From a virus, in the IMG/VR virus record IMGVR_UViG_3300025030_000051, positions 1 through 64,000 of that record: a stretch of DNA of 64,000 nucleotides. The stretch is one strand, 5' to 3'. The position numbers were made by a program, and so were the translations under genes. The stretch's first letter is position 1. Each line of letters starts with the position of its first letter. The notes below the pieces were generated by a model, which saw only the letters and a program-made list of their open reading frames with translations, made no database searches and was not told where the DNA came from. Of this stretch, positions 18,897 to 29,895 are shown in pieces.

Positions 18897-18970
18897 TTCT
18901 CTCAGAAAGAATCCGAACTTTCACTTTAAATTTTAGGAAATTTAGATGCAATCTATTATACCATGAGAGA
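18897..18970 (-). tRNA. degenerate tRNA-Arg(CCT)
   Basis: Acceptor TCTCTCA/TGAGAGA; T-arm GAAAG-TTCGGATT-CTTTC; anticodon and T loops each 8 nt. Confidence 0.55.
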
Positions 18971-19777
18971 AAAGAAACCTATTTTAAGAACTTGTTAACA
19001 AAAATTCTTAATTCAGATGAAATGCTTATAGTTAGAAAATTTTTAATTTTCTTAACTATTTTTTTAGCCTTGTTTTTAATCCAACATTTTTCACCTAAAT
19101 ATCTTTGAGCAGAGAGTTATCTTTCATTCGACCGTGTTTACGGTCTTTCTTACTGCTTTACTCTGTTCTTCCATTTCCTTTTTTAACAGTACTCTATTCC
19201 ATCTTTTACTTAAATGTTTTAGAAATTCTTTTAATTCATTACCATTTTTACTTATTCTATTATTCCAAAAAATAAATTTTATATAATCCTTCCTTTCCTT
19301 CAACTAGTTCTTTTGTTATTTTACTTTCCTTATCCATTTTAAACCTCCTTAATTCTTTTACTTCCACAAATAAGAGTTTCTGTTAGTACTTTATTGTCAT
19401 TTAATTTAAACTACATAATTTATTTTCTAAGTCTCTTCTTCAGATAAAGAAATTTTTATCAAGAATGTAGTTTTCAATCTAATATTATTAGCACACACGA
19501 ACTCTTATTTTCCTATCTGCCACGCGTACATTATATTGTAGTCCGTAATGGAGTTGAACCATTCTCTACTTCTCGCTGGGTAGCTGGCGGATTGAAAAGA
19601 ATTTAATTTTATTCTTAATTTGAAAGTACATTCTCCAAAAAAAATACAGAACTTATAAAATGTCTTATACGATGAATATTCATATATTCTTTTAAATTAT
19701 ATGGTCTATAATTTTCTAATATAGCAAATTCATCATTTAATTTATCTAATATATTTTTTCTTATTTTTATCATTTTG

Positions 19778-19850
19778 TACTTCTGTAAGGTAACGATCCT
19801 TCTTCTCTATCTTAAGAAAATAGTGCTCATCCACTAAAGCTTTCGGAAGC
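19778..19850 (-). tRNA. tRNA-Lys(CTT), probably degenerate
   Basis: GCTTCCG/CAGAAGT acceptor with a mismatch; CTATT-TTCTTAA-GATAG anticodon arm; atypical T loop. Confidence 0.6.
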
Positions 19851-20131
19851 ATTTTTTTAGAGACCCGAATCGGATTCAAACCATTATTTTTCCAATTAAC
19901 AACTGACTTAATTCGTCGTATCTCTTTCTATCTTCAACAGATAAATTTTCTATTTTTTTGAATAAAAATTTTCCAAGTTCTATTTTATATTCAAATAGAT
20001 AATCTTTTTTTTTAATTTTTTGATATATTCTTTAAATCTTTTTTCATCAATTTCTTCAATCATTTTTATCCCTTAAATTAAAAATTATAAGTCACAGAAT
20101 TTTAAAAAAACTTTGATGTTCAAAATCTCAG

Positions 20132-20203
20132 TTGAGGGTGCGGGATTTGAACCCAGCCTCAAATAGGCTTATGAGACCCATTGGATCACCAGATCTACCC
20201 TCA
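20132..20203 (-). tRNA. tRNA-Met(CAT) with short D-arm
   Basis: TGAGGGT/ACCCTCA acceptor, TGGGT-CTCATAA-GCCTA, GGTTCAAATCC. Confidence 0.75.
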
Positions 20204-20659
20204 TATAAATTTAATAAATTTATCAAATTCATTTTTAACAAATTCTTTTATTTTTCCATATCTTTTATAATATGTGGAATTTACCATCTTCTTTTACTTT
20301 TAATTATTATAGAATACTTACCATCGCTTCCTTTCTTGTGATGGTTTCCACTTTCGTGGTTTTTGCTCCTTATTCTAAAGCCACAATCTTTACATTTTTC
20401 TTTTTTATCTCTCATTTTTCTTTCTATTATTTTTTCGCTTATTTCATCAAAAAAAATTATATCTATCCACGTTCTTTACTTCATTATAAATATTATTTGT
20501 AAAAATAATTTCTATCTCACGAGCAATTCTTACAATGTAACGTTCATAATATAAATACCATGGATATCCTAATAAATCTAATTTTTTGAATTCTAAAATA
20601 TCTTCAAAAATATAAGGATTAATTATTTCCAACATATATGCTCACTTGAGTGAATCTTT

Positions 20660-20977
20660 CTAATAGATTTCATAATGTTTTCTGATCCTATTTATCATAT
20701 CCTCTTTTGATGTCGTCCCGACAATTCTATCTACCAAATTGCCATTCTTAAAAAACAATATCGTTGGTATTGCTTTGACATCTAATTTTCTTGATGCATC
20801 TGGACACTCATCAACGTTTACTTTTGCAAATGAAATACTAGTATTCTCTTCAGCGACCTCTTTAAATATAGGATCAAATGCTTTACAAGGACCACACCAT
20901 TCCGCCCAGCAGTCTATTATTAAGTTGTTATTTTGTTGAAGAATTTGAATTAATGTATAATCGGATATTTCTATCAT
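20660..20977 (-). CDS. trxA: thioredoxin
   Basis: WAEWCGPCK, KVNVDE, IPT. Confidence 0.92.
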   Translation of the reverse strand: MIEISDYTLIQILQQNNNLIIDCWAEWCGPCKAFDPIFKEVAEENTSISFAKVNVDECPDASRKLDVKAIPTILFFKNGNLVDRIVGTTSKEDMINRIRKHYEIY

Positions 20978-21017
20978 TTTAATTTTTCCTTATTAATTTG
21001 TTCTAATTATAGCTTAT

Positions 21018-21215
21018 TTATATTATTATTTTATGTGACCTATTTTTAACAAACTTTGATTCTAATCTTGTTCCTACTTCTACTATCTACCAACCTTTTA
21101 TCCATTTTTCATCTTTTTTTAATCCTACAAAGTTTCCCTTAATAGCAAGTTTTGATGGAATCCAGCTTACAGTAGATATGTCTTTTCTTTTTAAAATACG
21201 CTGATTATGATACAT
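21018..21215 (-). pseudogene. small phage gene with in-frame TAG (21087-21089)
   Basis: MYHNQRILKRKDISTVSWIPSKLAIKG...KGW*IVEVGTRLESKFVKNRSH. Confidence 0.55.
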
Positions 21216-21654
21216 TAATTCTCTTTTCTTTAAAATAACCAGCTATTATATTATACTCATCTAAAATTTCATCTGATAATTTAAGATAATTAATGTCTTT
21301 ATTTCTAATTTCTATAACTTTTGGTTTATCTATATACTTTTTATACTTTTTTTTATATCTAAATTCAGTAAAATCTTTTTTAATAATTATTGGAACCTTA
21401 TTTTCAAAATAAATATCAGATATTTTATGAGCCTCATTATTATTAAATACTACTCCATTATTTAAGATATGAAACACTGATTGTGTAATATTAATTTTAT
21501 ATATTTTAAAATAATTTTCAATACGATCTGAAAGATATAAATCTTTTTTTATTACATTTGATTCACCAATTGTTTTATAAAAAAACTGATAACGATAACC
21601 AATTGAAATAACTCTGATTTTTATTTCAAACTTTTTAAATAGTTTCATAATCAA
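21205..21654 (-). CDS. hypothetical protein
   Basis: ORF track. Confidence 0.5.
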   Translation of the reverse strand: MIMKLFKKFEIKIRVISIGYRYQFFYKTIGESNVIKKDLYLSDRIENYFKIYKINITQSVFHILNNGVVFNNNEAHKISDIYFENKVPIIIKKDFTEFRYKKKYKKYIDKPKVIEIRNKDINYLKLSDEILDEYNIIAGYFKEKRINVS

Positions 21655-21914
21655 CTTCCATTTTTCTTTTTTTAATATTCTCCAGTTATCTCTTGGTTAA
21701 TCAGTGTTTCTTTATTATTTAATTTCTGTTCTTTCATAACTGAATTGTTTAATAGTCTATACAAATTCCAACAAAAAAAATCCTTATAAGTACCCGGAAA
21801 ATTGTCCTCTATTGGATAAACAATTTTGAAACAAATTTTATTAAAAATTTCTTTCATTGTTATGTGTGGTATTGAACTATGTAAATTTTCCATTGTTTAA
21901 TAATATAAAACTTT

Positions 21915-22712
21915 CTATTTAAACAAGTTTAAAATATCATTTATACTTGGATTTACTCCAAATACTAAATACTTGACGTAGCTATCATTTACTTGATAGT
22001 ATCTATATCCCAACATAAATGGTTGATAATATATTCCAATATCAGAAGATTTTGCTATTGGAATGGTCGTATTTGTGTATATTCCAAACTTATCCCAAAA
22101 TGATAAACTTTTATCATATACATAATCAGAATTTATTACTACAGAGTCTGATGTTATATTTATTCCAGGTGTAAAATTTTCAATAATGTGACTAAAATTT
22201 CCATCAACATCTTGGTATAGAATAAACTTAAATTTAATATCTGGATTCCAAATATCTATTTTATGTCTTCCCAATCTTTTTAATGGATCTACCCAAACAG
22301 AAGCTCTATATTTATTAAACTTAGAAGAATCGCCAAAGACATATAAAAACATAGATGAATCTATTTGAGTTAATCCACCAGATCCGGTATCTTTTACAGC
22401 ATCTATTTTTGCTGAAATTTCAGTGACTGATTGGATAGTCTTAGCCTGAATTTTTAACATCTTATTTAATGAGTTTTTTACTTCATCAAAATCATCAGTC
22501 ATGTAAGAGTATCTTTGATAGATTTGCTTCAAAGAATCTTCATATATTTTTTTTAACTTATCTTTACTAGCTAATTCATTTTGATATTTTACTTTTAATT
22601 CTTTGTATACTTTATCTGAATTACAGGATTTAAAAAATAAAATAAAAATAACAAATAATACTATAATTACACCAGTAATAGTTAATGATTTAACTAATAT
22701 TTCTTTTATCAT
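21915..22712 (-). CDS. N-terminally membrane-anchored coiled-coil protein
   Basis: TM helix followed by coiled coil. Confidence 0.6.
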   Translation of the reverse strand: MIKEILVKSLTITGVIIVLFVIFILFFKSCNSDKVYKELKVKYQNELASKDKLKKIYEDSLKQIYQRYSYMTDDFDEVKNSLNKMLKIQAKTIQSVTEISAKIDAVKDTGSGGLTQIDSSMFLYVFGDSSKFNKYRASVWVDPLKRLGRHKIDIWNPDIKFKFILYQDVDGNFSHIIENFTPGINITSDSVVINSDYVYDKSLSFWDKFGIYTNTTIPIAKSSDIGIYYQPFMLGYRYYQVNDSYVKYLVFGVNPSINDILNLFK

Positions 22713-23070
22713 AAAATACTCTTTTTTTAATTTAATTTAAGAAGACATCTGTATATTGTATACATTTAAAGGGAATATCTTTCTTTTCCATATTTTTTTA
22801 TCCATTTTCCAAAACATCCATTTGACGATTTACAAATTGGTTTTATGTCTAGTTTTGGATAAAAGATGGTATACCAGGAAGATTTGTTTTTGATTCTGTA
22901 TCCATGTTCTTTACAAAATCCAGCATCTATTATTTGTTTGTTATTGTGTAGATGTCCGGTAAAAGTATATGCATCATTATTACAATTATTAATAATGCAC
23001 TTTTTTACTTGTAAGTTCATTTTTTATTCCTTTCATATAAATTATTGTCCAAATAACTTTTTTTAATTCT

Positions 23071-24345
23071 TCATTTTATTATTTTTAAATTAAGATTTTT
23101 TGAAATTTCATATTTTGAATTATCACAATAAATTAAATTTTGCTCGTAAGTTTTCATTGATTTAATATTAAATTTAAATATATCATATTCCATTTTACCA
23201 ACTTGTCCAGAATCAGTTAATATTTCAGATAGTTTAAACAAAAATTGGATATTATTATTATTTAATTTTTGAGCGTCAAACTGAATCGTTATATCGTTGT
23301 CTAATCCTATAATTTCATCTTCAAAATACATAGAAGCTATTTTAGTACTTAAATCAAAAAAAGTATTATTTTGTTCTTGTTTAATATAATCATTTTTTAA
23401 TTCATTTGTTTCAATTAATATATTACTACACCATGGTTCTAAGATGTTCAATATATCTATATTGCAATTGAATATAATAAAGCCAATATCATATTTATGT
23501 TTTACAACTGGACATAACCATTCATCTGTAGAAATGAATTGTTGCCATTCGCGAATAAACTCTCTCTCAGCTTTTTTATTTTGTTTTATCCACTCACTGG
23601 AGTCTTGCATAATACCAGTTAAATTTGGATTTCTTCTCGACCCCCTCATTGTTAGATGATACACAAAAGCATCTCTAGACTGGATAAGATTAAAATTATC
23701 TAAAATAAAGCGATTTCCTATTTGTGAATCTTCTCTACTTTGTGGAAAGTATAGCCTGGAATGTCCTCCAATTCTTAAAAATTCTTTTTTATTACAAAGC
23801 CATGGAGCAAAAAAAGATTTTGTAGTTTTATTTTTCCAAACTGTTTTTTGTTCTTTACAAAAATTGTTAAATTTTTCTTCATTAAATTCTTCTGGTTCTA
23901 ATCCAAAATCAGCTTGTATTTTTTCGTTTCCTTGAATATGTATTGGAGGTTCTATTCTTGTAGCAGTTATAACGTCTTTTTCTGAATTAATATGTTTTAA
24001 TAAATTATTTATACAATCTTTTTCTAAAAACATATCACTGTGATATATAAAGAACCAGTCTGTAGTAACTAATTGTTTTATGATTTCATCATAAAGTATA
24101 CAGTGACCGTATCTATTACTGCTATTATTTATAAGCAATTTTATTTTATCATCGCGCTTTTTTAAATCAACTATATATTCTTTAGTTCCATCATTCGAAG
24201 CATCATCAGCAATGCATATATAATGCTCGTTTGGATGAACTTTCCTTATTGATTCAATAGCCCATTTTAAGTATTTTATATTTTTCCTTGCAGGAATTAC
24301 AAAACTTATTTCTGAATTTTTCACACTAATATTTTTCAAAACCAA
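23071..24345 (-). CDS. glycosyltransferase family 2
   Basis: SFVIP, DDASNDGT, HSDM, REDS. Confidence 0.88.
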   Translation of the reverse strand: MVLKNISVKNSEISFVIPARKNIKYLKWAIESIRKVHPNEHYICIADDASNDGTKEYIVDLKKRDDKIKLLINNSSNRYGHCILYDEIIKQLVTTDWFFIYHSDMFLEKDCINNLLKHINSEKDVITATRIEPPIHIQGNEKIQADFGLEPEEFNEEKFNNFCKEQKTVWKNKTTKSFFAPWLCNKKEFLRIGGHSRLYFPQSREDSQIGNRFILDNFNLIQSRDAFVYHLTMRGSRRNPNLTGIMQDSSEWIKQNKKAEREFIREWQQFISTDEWLCPVVKHKYDIGFIIFNCNIDILNILEPWCSNILIETNELKNDYIKQEQNNTFFDLSTKIASMYFEDEIIGLDNDITIQFDAQKLNNNNIQFLFKLSEILTDSGQVGKMEYDIFKFNIKSMKTYEQNLIYCDNSKYEISKNLNLKIIK

Positions 24346-24451
24346 ATTTATTGTACCTTGTTATTATATTCTTAATTTCATAAATTGATATGTTAAAAAT
24401 ATTTGCTATATCTTTTATAGTATATTTGTTTTCATTATTTATAAAAAAGTA

Positions 24452-25111
24452 TCACAATTTTCCGTGTATTAAAGTAATAAAATGAAAATAATCACCATTA
24501 TCTCCAATATTTGACATATCTATTTTATCAAGTCTTGCTTTCCATAATACATTGTAATTATTTTTTTCAAATGTATCCCAGTTGTAGTGAGAAATATGCT
24601 CTCCAAAACACGAATCTTTAGTCGTTGGAACTGAAATAATTAAATATTCACAGTGATCTAACATATTATCTAAAATTTTAAAATTTTGTCCTTCTTCTAT
24701 ATGTTCTAAAACTTCAAAAACACAAATTATTCCATAATCTTTTTGAATTGGATTTTCTAAAATATCTACACATTGAAAATTAACACAATCTAAACCAGCC
24801 CTATTGTTTGCAGCCTCTATTGCTGAATGTGAAAAATCTTCACCAATACATTCAAATTCTGGGGCAATTAACGTTTTTACATAAAATAGAAAATTTCCTC
24901 CTGCGCAGCCAATTTCCAATATTTTCTTAATTTTAATTTCATCTTTATTTTCTCTTATAATTTCTCCAGCAACAAAGTGATAACTATTCTTGCTATTTAA
25001 AATAGCATTATTATCATATGGTTTATCTAAATCATATTCTCTTTTATGTTTTTCGTTCCAATAACTTTGGATGTTTGTCCCTTTATTTATTACATTCACA
25101 CTCCCTCCCAC
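24452..25111 (-). CDS. class I SAM-dependent methyltransferase
   Basis: ILEIGCAGG, FEVLEHI. Confidence 0.85.
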   Translation of the reverse strand: MGGSVNVINKGTNIQSYWNEKHKREYDLDKPYDNNAILNSKNSYHFVAGEIIRENKDEIKIKKILEIGCAGGNFLFYVKTLIAPEFECIGEDFSHSAIEAANNRAGLDCVNFQCVDILENPIQKDYGIICVFEVLEHIEEGQNFKILDNMLDHCEYLIISVPTTKDSCFGEHISHYNWDTFEKNNYNVLWKARLDKIDMSNIGDNGDYFHFITLIHGKL

Positions 25112-25373
25112 AGTTACAATGATTGTCTATAATTCTATTATTAACATCTAATTTTTCGTATTGATTTTCTTTAATAAGTGGATTATTAGAAAATCTCTCA
25201 TAAACATTCCACTTTTCTTCTTGACTACTGTGATTTTCTTTAATAACTAAATTAACATCTCTTTTACATTGTTCCCAAAGATTTTTAGCCTTCAACCAAA
25301 CAATTATTTCAGACAATAATCTTTCTTTTTTGTTTAAAAACAATAAAGTGTTCAATCTATTATCTTCGTTCAT
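25083..25373 (-). CDS. hypothetical protein
   Basis: ORF track. Confidence 0.5.
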   Translation of the reverse strand: MNEDNRLNTLLFLNKKERLLSEIIVWLKAKNLWEQCKRDVNLVIKENHSSQEEKWNVYERFSNNPLIKENQYEKLDVNNRIIDNHCNCGRECECNK

Positions 25374-25529
25374 TCTTATTTATTCCTTTCATTTATTAAA
25401 TATTTTTTAATAAACTCATTTTTTAACCTTTGTTCAAACATATACTGATTAATAAAAAATATATCATCCTTAAATGAAATTACTTTTTTTAATTTTTTAA
25501 CTTCACCATAAAGAAAATATGTTAAAATT

Positions 25530-26513
25530 TTATAATTTATTTCTTTCATAATATTTCATCCACATGTCAATCATTTCTTGAATCATTTGATCAAATGATA
25601 TTTTTGGTTCCCATCTTAAAATTTTTCTTATCTTAGAACTATCTCCCTTTAAATATTTTAATTCTTCTGGTCTGAAAAATTTTTCATTTTGAATAACATA
25701 ATCTTTATAATTTAAATTTAATTTATTGAATATTATTTCACATAATTCTCTTATTGAATGATTAAAACCAGTAGCAATTACAAAATCATCTGGTTCTGAA
25801 TGATTAATTATTTTATACATAGCATCACAATAGTCTCTACTGTCACCAAAGTCGCGGTATGAATCTAAATTTCCAAGTTCTAATTTATTTTGTAATCCTA
25901 ATTTTATTCTTACTGCTGTTTTTACTATTTTATTTTCAACGAAATTAGAACCTCTTCTTGGTCCAGAATGATTGAAGCAAATAGAATTACAAGCAAATAA
26001 TTTATATGCTCTTCTATAGTGTTGCACTAAATTAAATGCTGCTAATTTTGCAATTCCATAAGGAGAAACTGGATGCATTACTGTTGTTTCTCTTTCAAAT
26101 CCATCTGGATCAATTGAGTTACCAAACTGTTCAGAGCTTGATGTTTGTAAAAATCTTGAATTTGGAACTATCATTTTAAAAGCATTTAACATATTTAATA
26201 CACCAAGCAAATTAGTTTTTATAGTAAATTCAGGAATGTCAAATGATATTCGCACGTGAGATTGAGCTGCTGTATTAAAAATATAATCAGGCTTTACTAA
26301 AGAAAATATTTTTTGTATTGATGTCGAATCTAATAAGTCTCCATAAAATGTAGTTATTTTATCTTCTAAGTGAGATATTCTTGACTCCTGATGCTCCGGC
26401 ACGCTATTCCTACGTATTATACCATAGACTTCATAATCTTTAAATAATAAAAGTTCTGCTAAATTTGAGCCATCCATTCCAGAAATTCCAGATAGAAGAC
26501 AGCGTTTACCCAT
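25530..26513 (-). CDS. gmd: GDP-mannose 4,6-dehydratase
   Basis: GISGMDGS, AAQSHV, TSSSEQFG, SPYGIAK, FNHSGPRRG, LGNLDSYRD. Confidence 0.95.
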   Translation of the reverse strand: MGKRCLLSGISGMDGSNLAELLLFKDYEVYGIIRRNSVPEHQESRISHLEDKITTFYGDLLDSTSIQKIFSLVKPDYIFNTAAQSHVRISFDIPEFTIKTNLLGVLNMLNAFKMIVPNSRFLQTSSSEQFGNSIDPDGFERETTVMHPVSPYGIAKLAAFNLVQHYRRAYKLFACNSICFNHSGPRRGSNFVENKIVKTAVRIKLGLQNKLELGNLDSYRDFGDSRDYCDAMYKIINHSEPDDFVIATGFNHSIRELCEIIFNKLNLNYKDYVIQNEKFFRPEELKYLKGDSSKIRKILRWEPKISFDQMIQEMIDMWMKYYERNKL

Positions 26514-26748
26514 TTATTTCACTTTCATAATATATTCTTTTAATTCTTTTTTAGCAGTTAAATAATGTCTTTTTAATAAGTGAAATTTCTTATCTTTAAT
26601 TTCATCCCAAGTAGAATAATGCTCAAAACAATAATCAAATCCCTCAGAATTTATCTTTGATAATAAAAATTCTATTTCTTTTTTATAATTCTTCATTTAA
26701 AATTAAAATTGACTTTTTCTTAATATTCTACTAAAATCAAATATACCA

Positions 26749-27339
26749 TTATAATATACTATCAGAAATTCCTTGTTCTATTGCTTCTTCTGCACTAAAC
26801 CATAAGTCGTGTTTTAATATTTCTTCTATTTTTTTCATTGGAATTTTAGTGTGTTTTTTATAAACTTCTTTTAGAGTTTTCATAAACTTATCAAAATTAG
26901 AAACGTCATCTTTAATTTGCATGTAATTTCCCCATGCCATTCCCGATAGTTGATGTATTAAAATAAAAGAATTTGGTTTTATGTACCTTTTAGTTCCGAC
27001 TATCGACATCAGCGATGCTCCAGAGGCAACATAACCATCAACAACTGTGTATACTGGGATGTTTTCTTTTACTTTTATTATGGTGTCCATTGCTGAAAAT
27101 GATGATAAAATATCACCACCAGGACTTTGAATATATAAATATATTGGTGTTACAGTATGGTTAGTAACTATTGACCTATAAAGTAAATCATTTCTTAAAT
27201 TTAAAATATCTTTATTAAATTTTAATATATTTTCAGTATTAATTTCTGCATAGAAATATAAATTATTATTTATGACTTCTGTTACAGAAGTTGTTTCTTT
27301 TTCAATATTTTTATTTTGATTAATATCTTCAATGTTTCT
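26749..27339 (-). CDS. clpP: ClpP-like serine protease
   Basis: IQSPGG, VASGAS (Ser), IHQ (His), HDLW (Asp). Confidence 0.8.
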   Translation of the reverse strand, partial: RNIEDINQNKNIEKETTSVTEVINNNLYFYAEINTENILKFNKDILNLRNDLLYRSIVTNHTVTPIYLYIQSPGGDILSSFSAMDTIIKVKENIPVYTVVDGYVASGASLMSIVGTKRYIKPNSFILIHQLSGMAWGNYMQIKDDVSNFDKFMKTLKEVYKKHTKIPMKKIEEILKHDLWFSAEEAIEQGISDSIL

Positions 27340-27343
27340 CATT

Positions 27344-28450
27344 TTATAAAGCATTAGTACTTTCCGTATTTTTTATTATAGAACATATTCGTTTAACATC
27401 TTTCTTCCTCAATGTTAAAGAACTTGGTAAATATATTAAAGTATCATAAATTTTTTCAGCGACGGGAAAATTATTTTTTGTTTTATAAGGTATATTGTGA
27501 TTAATTGGTCTATAATATCTTACAGTCTCTATATCATTTTCTTCTAAGGTTTTTATAATCTCATTAGCAATAGTTTTATTTTTAGCTCTATATGTAAACA
27601 TCCAAGAATAAGCATCTCCAGATAAATTTAATCCATTATTTTTATAATATAAATAAATATAGATTTTATTTCTAATAATATTACCAATGTTGTTTAATTG
27701 AGCAAGACCTAAAGAAGCTAAAATATCATTAAACTTAAAATTAACTCCAAGATAGTTGTGAATCTTATCTTTTTTCCAATTATACCCATGATCTCTTATT
27801 TGTAATAGTCTAAAATATAAATTAGGATTTAAAAGATTATCAGCTTTTATTATTGAATCTTTTTCATGAATAACAACGGCTCCACCTTGACCAGTAGTAA
27901 TCAATTTAGGAACAGAAAATGATAAAGTCATCAAATCTCCAAAAAATGGTGGCATGCATCCAATACACTGAGCAGCATCTTGTATTAATTTTATCTTATT
28001 TTCATTACAAATTTTTGCTATTTTACTGCAATTTTCTTCATCTTTTACATTATATCCATTGTGATGAACATAAATTATAGCACTAATATTCTTATGCAAC
28101 TTTATTTTTTTATAGTTCATCGTTAAAGTATTTTCATTAATATCAATTAATTCTACTTTATATCCTAAAAATCTTGCAGCATTTGCGCCTGCTAAGAATG
28201 TATATGCAGGAAATAATATAGTAGAATCTTTTTGCAAATTTAAGGCTTTGATTGCCATCATTAAAGCAACTGTTCCACTTGTTGTAGAAATTACTTCTAC
28301 ATCTGTAAAAATTATGTTACTAAAAAGTGTTTTTAATTTAGATTCAAAATTAATAATAGCATTACCATTACCTATAAACCCAGATAACAATTGTTTTACA
28401 ACAGAATATATATATTTTAATTTTATTTTGGGTTCAAATTGTTTTATCAT
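27344..28450 (-). CDS. DegT/DnrJ/EryC1/StrS aminotransferase
   Basis: TSGT.AL, DAAQ, SFSVPKLITTGQGG. Confidence 0.9.
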   Translation of the reverse strand: MIKQFEPKIKLKYIYSVVKQLLSGFIGNGNAIINFESKLKTLFSNIIFTDVEVISTTSGTVALMMAIKALNLQKDSTILFPAYTFLAGANAARFLGYKVELIDINENTLTMNYKKIKLHKNISAIIYVHHNGYNVKDEENCSKIAKICNENKIKLIQDAAQCIGCMPPFFGDLMTLSFSVPKLITTGQGGAVVIHEKDSIIKADNLLNPNLYFRLLQIRDHGYNWKKDKIHNYLGVNFKFNDILASLGLAQLNNIGNIIRNKIYIYLYYKNNGLNLSGDAYSWMFTYRAKNKTIANEIIKTLEENDIETVRYYRPINHNIPYKTKNNFPVAEKIYDTLIYLPSSLTLRKKDVKRICSIIKNTESTNAL

Positions 28451-29652
28451 TAAAATCCGGCTTTCTTTAAAGTTGTACTAAAATTAGCCTTTATTAAATC
28501 AACAGACTTTTTAAAGACGTCTTTAATATCCCTATTTTGTTTCAAAGATAAAATTGTAGCTGTTCTTTTTATTTCTTTAATGTGAGACCCTGTAAATTTA
28601 TTATTATAACATATACTTGAAAATTCATTCTTTATATTTTTATCAAAATATAATTCCAATAAACCATCAATTTCTTCATTATTTGGATATTTAAATTCAA
28701 ATTTTCTGTTAAACCTCATTGGTCGTTCTTTTATTGCATTATCTAAATGATCTAAAAAGTTTGTTGTGGCCACAAAAACTATTTGATCCTTACTTTCTGA
28801 CAATCCATTGATAAACTGTAAAAATGAAGAAAGTCCTATATTAATAACATCCTGTCTATTCTGTCCAAGTGAATCAATGTCTTCAAAAATTATTATACAA
28901 GGAAGCAAGAATTCTTTTACAAAATTATCTAATTCTTCAAAATTTACTCTTTCACATAAGTAACAAGTATTAAAACCCTTATTTATAGCATCATTTATAA
29001 TTGCCATTGAAATTAGACTCTTACCCGTTCCGGGTGGACCGAATAAAATAATTCCATTATTCTCTTTGATATTTTGAAGATGGAATATTGTATTATCTTT
29101 AATATCTTGTTTTAATTCATCATTTAAAATAACTTTATCAAATGTTATTTCAGGAAATTTCTTAATACTTCCATTAATAGATTCTCCGTGCGGAAATAAA
29201 TGTAAGTGTTTTTTTCTTAAAGGATTTTTATTTTTTATGTGATCTTTAATATTAATAATAATTTTACTTACATCATTGTTGGAAATAATTCTATTAATGT
29301 ATTCTCTATAATCAACATAGTATACAAATAACTGTTTATTAAAATAAAAAAATATAGATCCTTTAGTAATCAGTTGTTTGTATTTATTATAATCATAATT
29401 ATACTCTGCACGCATTTCATCAGATAAAATCATATATTTACATCTATTAGAAAATATAAAATCTTGAATTATATATGATATAGTAGTAAAAGTAAAATAA
29501 GATTTTGAAGTAAACGAATATGAATTCTTATCATCTATGTCTATATTATTTTTTTCTTCTGAAGAATCTTTTATTGCATGATCTGGAGATAAATTTATAC
29601 CGTGTATTTTTTTTAATTCTCTAACAATATCTTTATTATATTTACTTTTCAT
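28450..29652 (-). CDS. AAA+ ATPase (start likely MKSKYN)
   Basis: GPPGTGKS, IIFEDID, ATTN...RPMRF. Confidence 0.9.
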   Translation of the reverse strand: MKSKYNKDIVRELKKIHGINLSPDHAIKDSSEEKNNIDIDDKNSYSFTSKSYFTFTTISYIIQDFIFSNRCKYMILSDEMRAEYNYDYNKYKQLITKGSIFFYFNKQLFVYYVDYREYINRIISNNDVSKIIINIKDHIKNKNPLRKKHLHLFPHGESINGSIKKFPEITFDKVILNDELKQDIKDNTIFHLQNIKENNGIILFGPPGTGKSLISMAIINDAINKGFNTCYLCERVNFEELDNFVKEFLLPCIIIFEDIDSLGQNRQDVINIGLSSFLQFINGLSESKDQIVFVATTNFLDHLDNAIKERPMRFNRKFEFKYPNNEEIDGLLELYFDKNIKNEFSSICYNNKFTGSHIKEIKRTATILSLKQNRDIKDVFKKSVDLIKANFSTTLKKAGF

Positions 29653-29797
29653 TTTTCCCTTGCACATTTAACGAAATTAAAGTTTTTCCCTCAAAATTTT
29701 GTGTCTTTATGCTTTCTTCAGAATGGGGAAAATAAGCCTTTGAATGATCGTCAAGTCTTCCATGCTCTACTTTATCAAAAGTCCATTTTTCCACATT
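29642..29797 (-). pseudogene. orphan alternative C-terminus of the upstream methyltransferase
   Basis: NVEKWTFDKVEHGRLDDHSKAYFP...KTLISLNVQGK aligns with DIHRYNWRRTEHSQFDDCSQAYLLP...ILISLNVQCTK of 29896..30909. Confidence 0.75.
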
Positions 29798-29895
29798 CTA
29801 TATTTAATGAAATTGATATTCTGATACTATTAAAGCGTCATTTTTATATTTTTAAATTCAATTTAATAATAATTTTGTCAACTTTCTTAAATATT

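Noticed and set aside
18897-18970. Amber suppressor tRNA (CTA within loop TTCCTAAA)
   Set aside because: Would need C at position 33; TT-CCT-AA plus one extra A (Arg) is the simpler reading.
20132-20341. Plus-strand 69-aa ORF
   Set aside because: Antisense to tRNA-Met.
24326-24451. HTH-like peptide (YTIKDIANIFNIS) in frame after the methyltransferase TGA
   Set aside because: No start codon and no recoding signal; probably a remnant.
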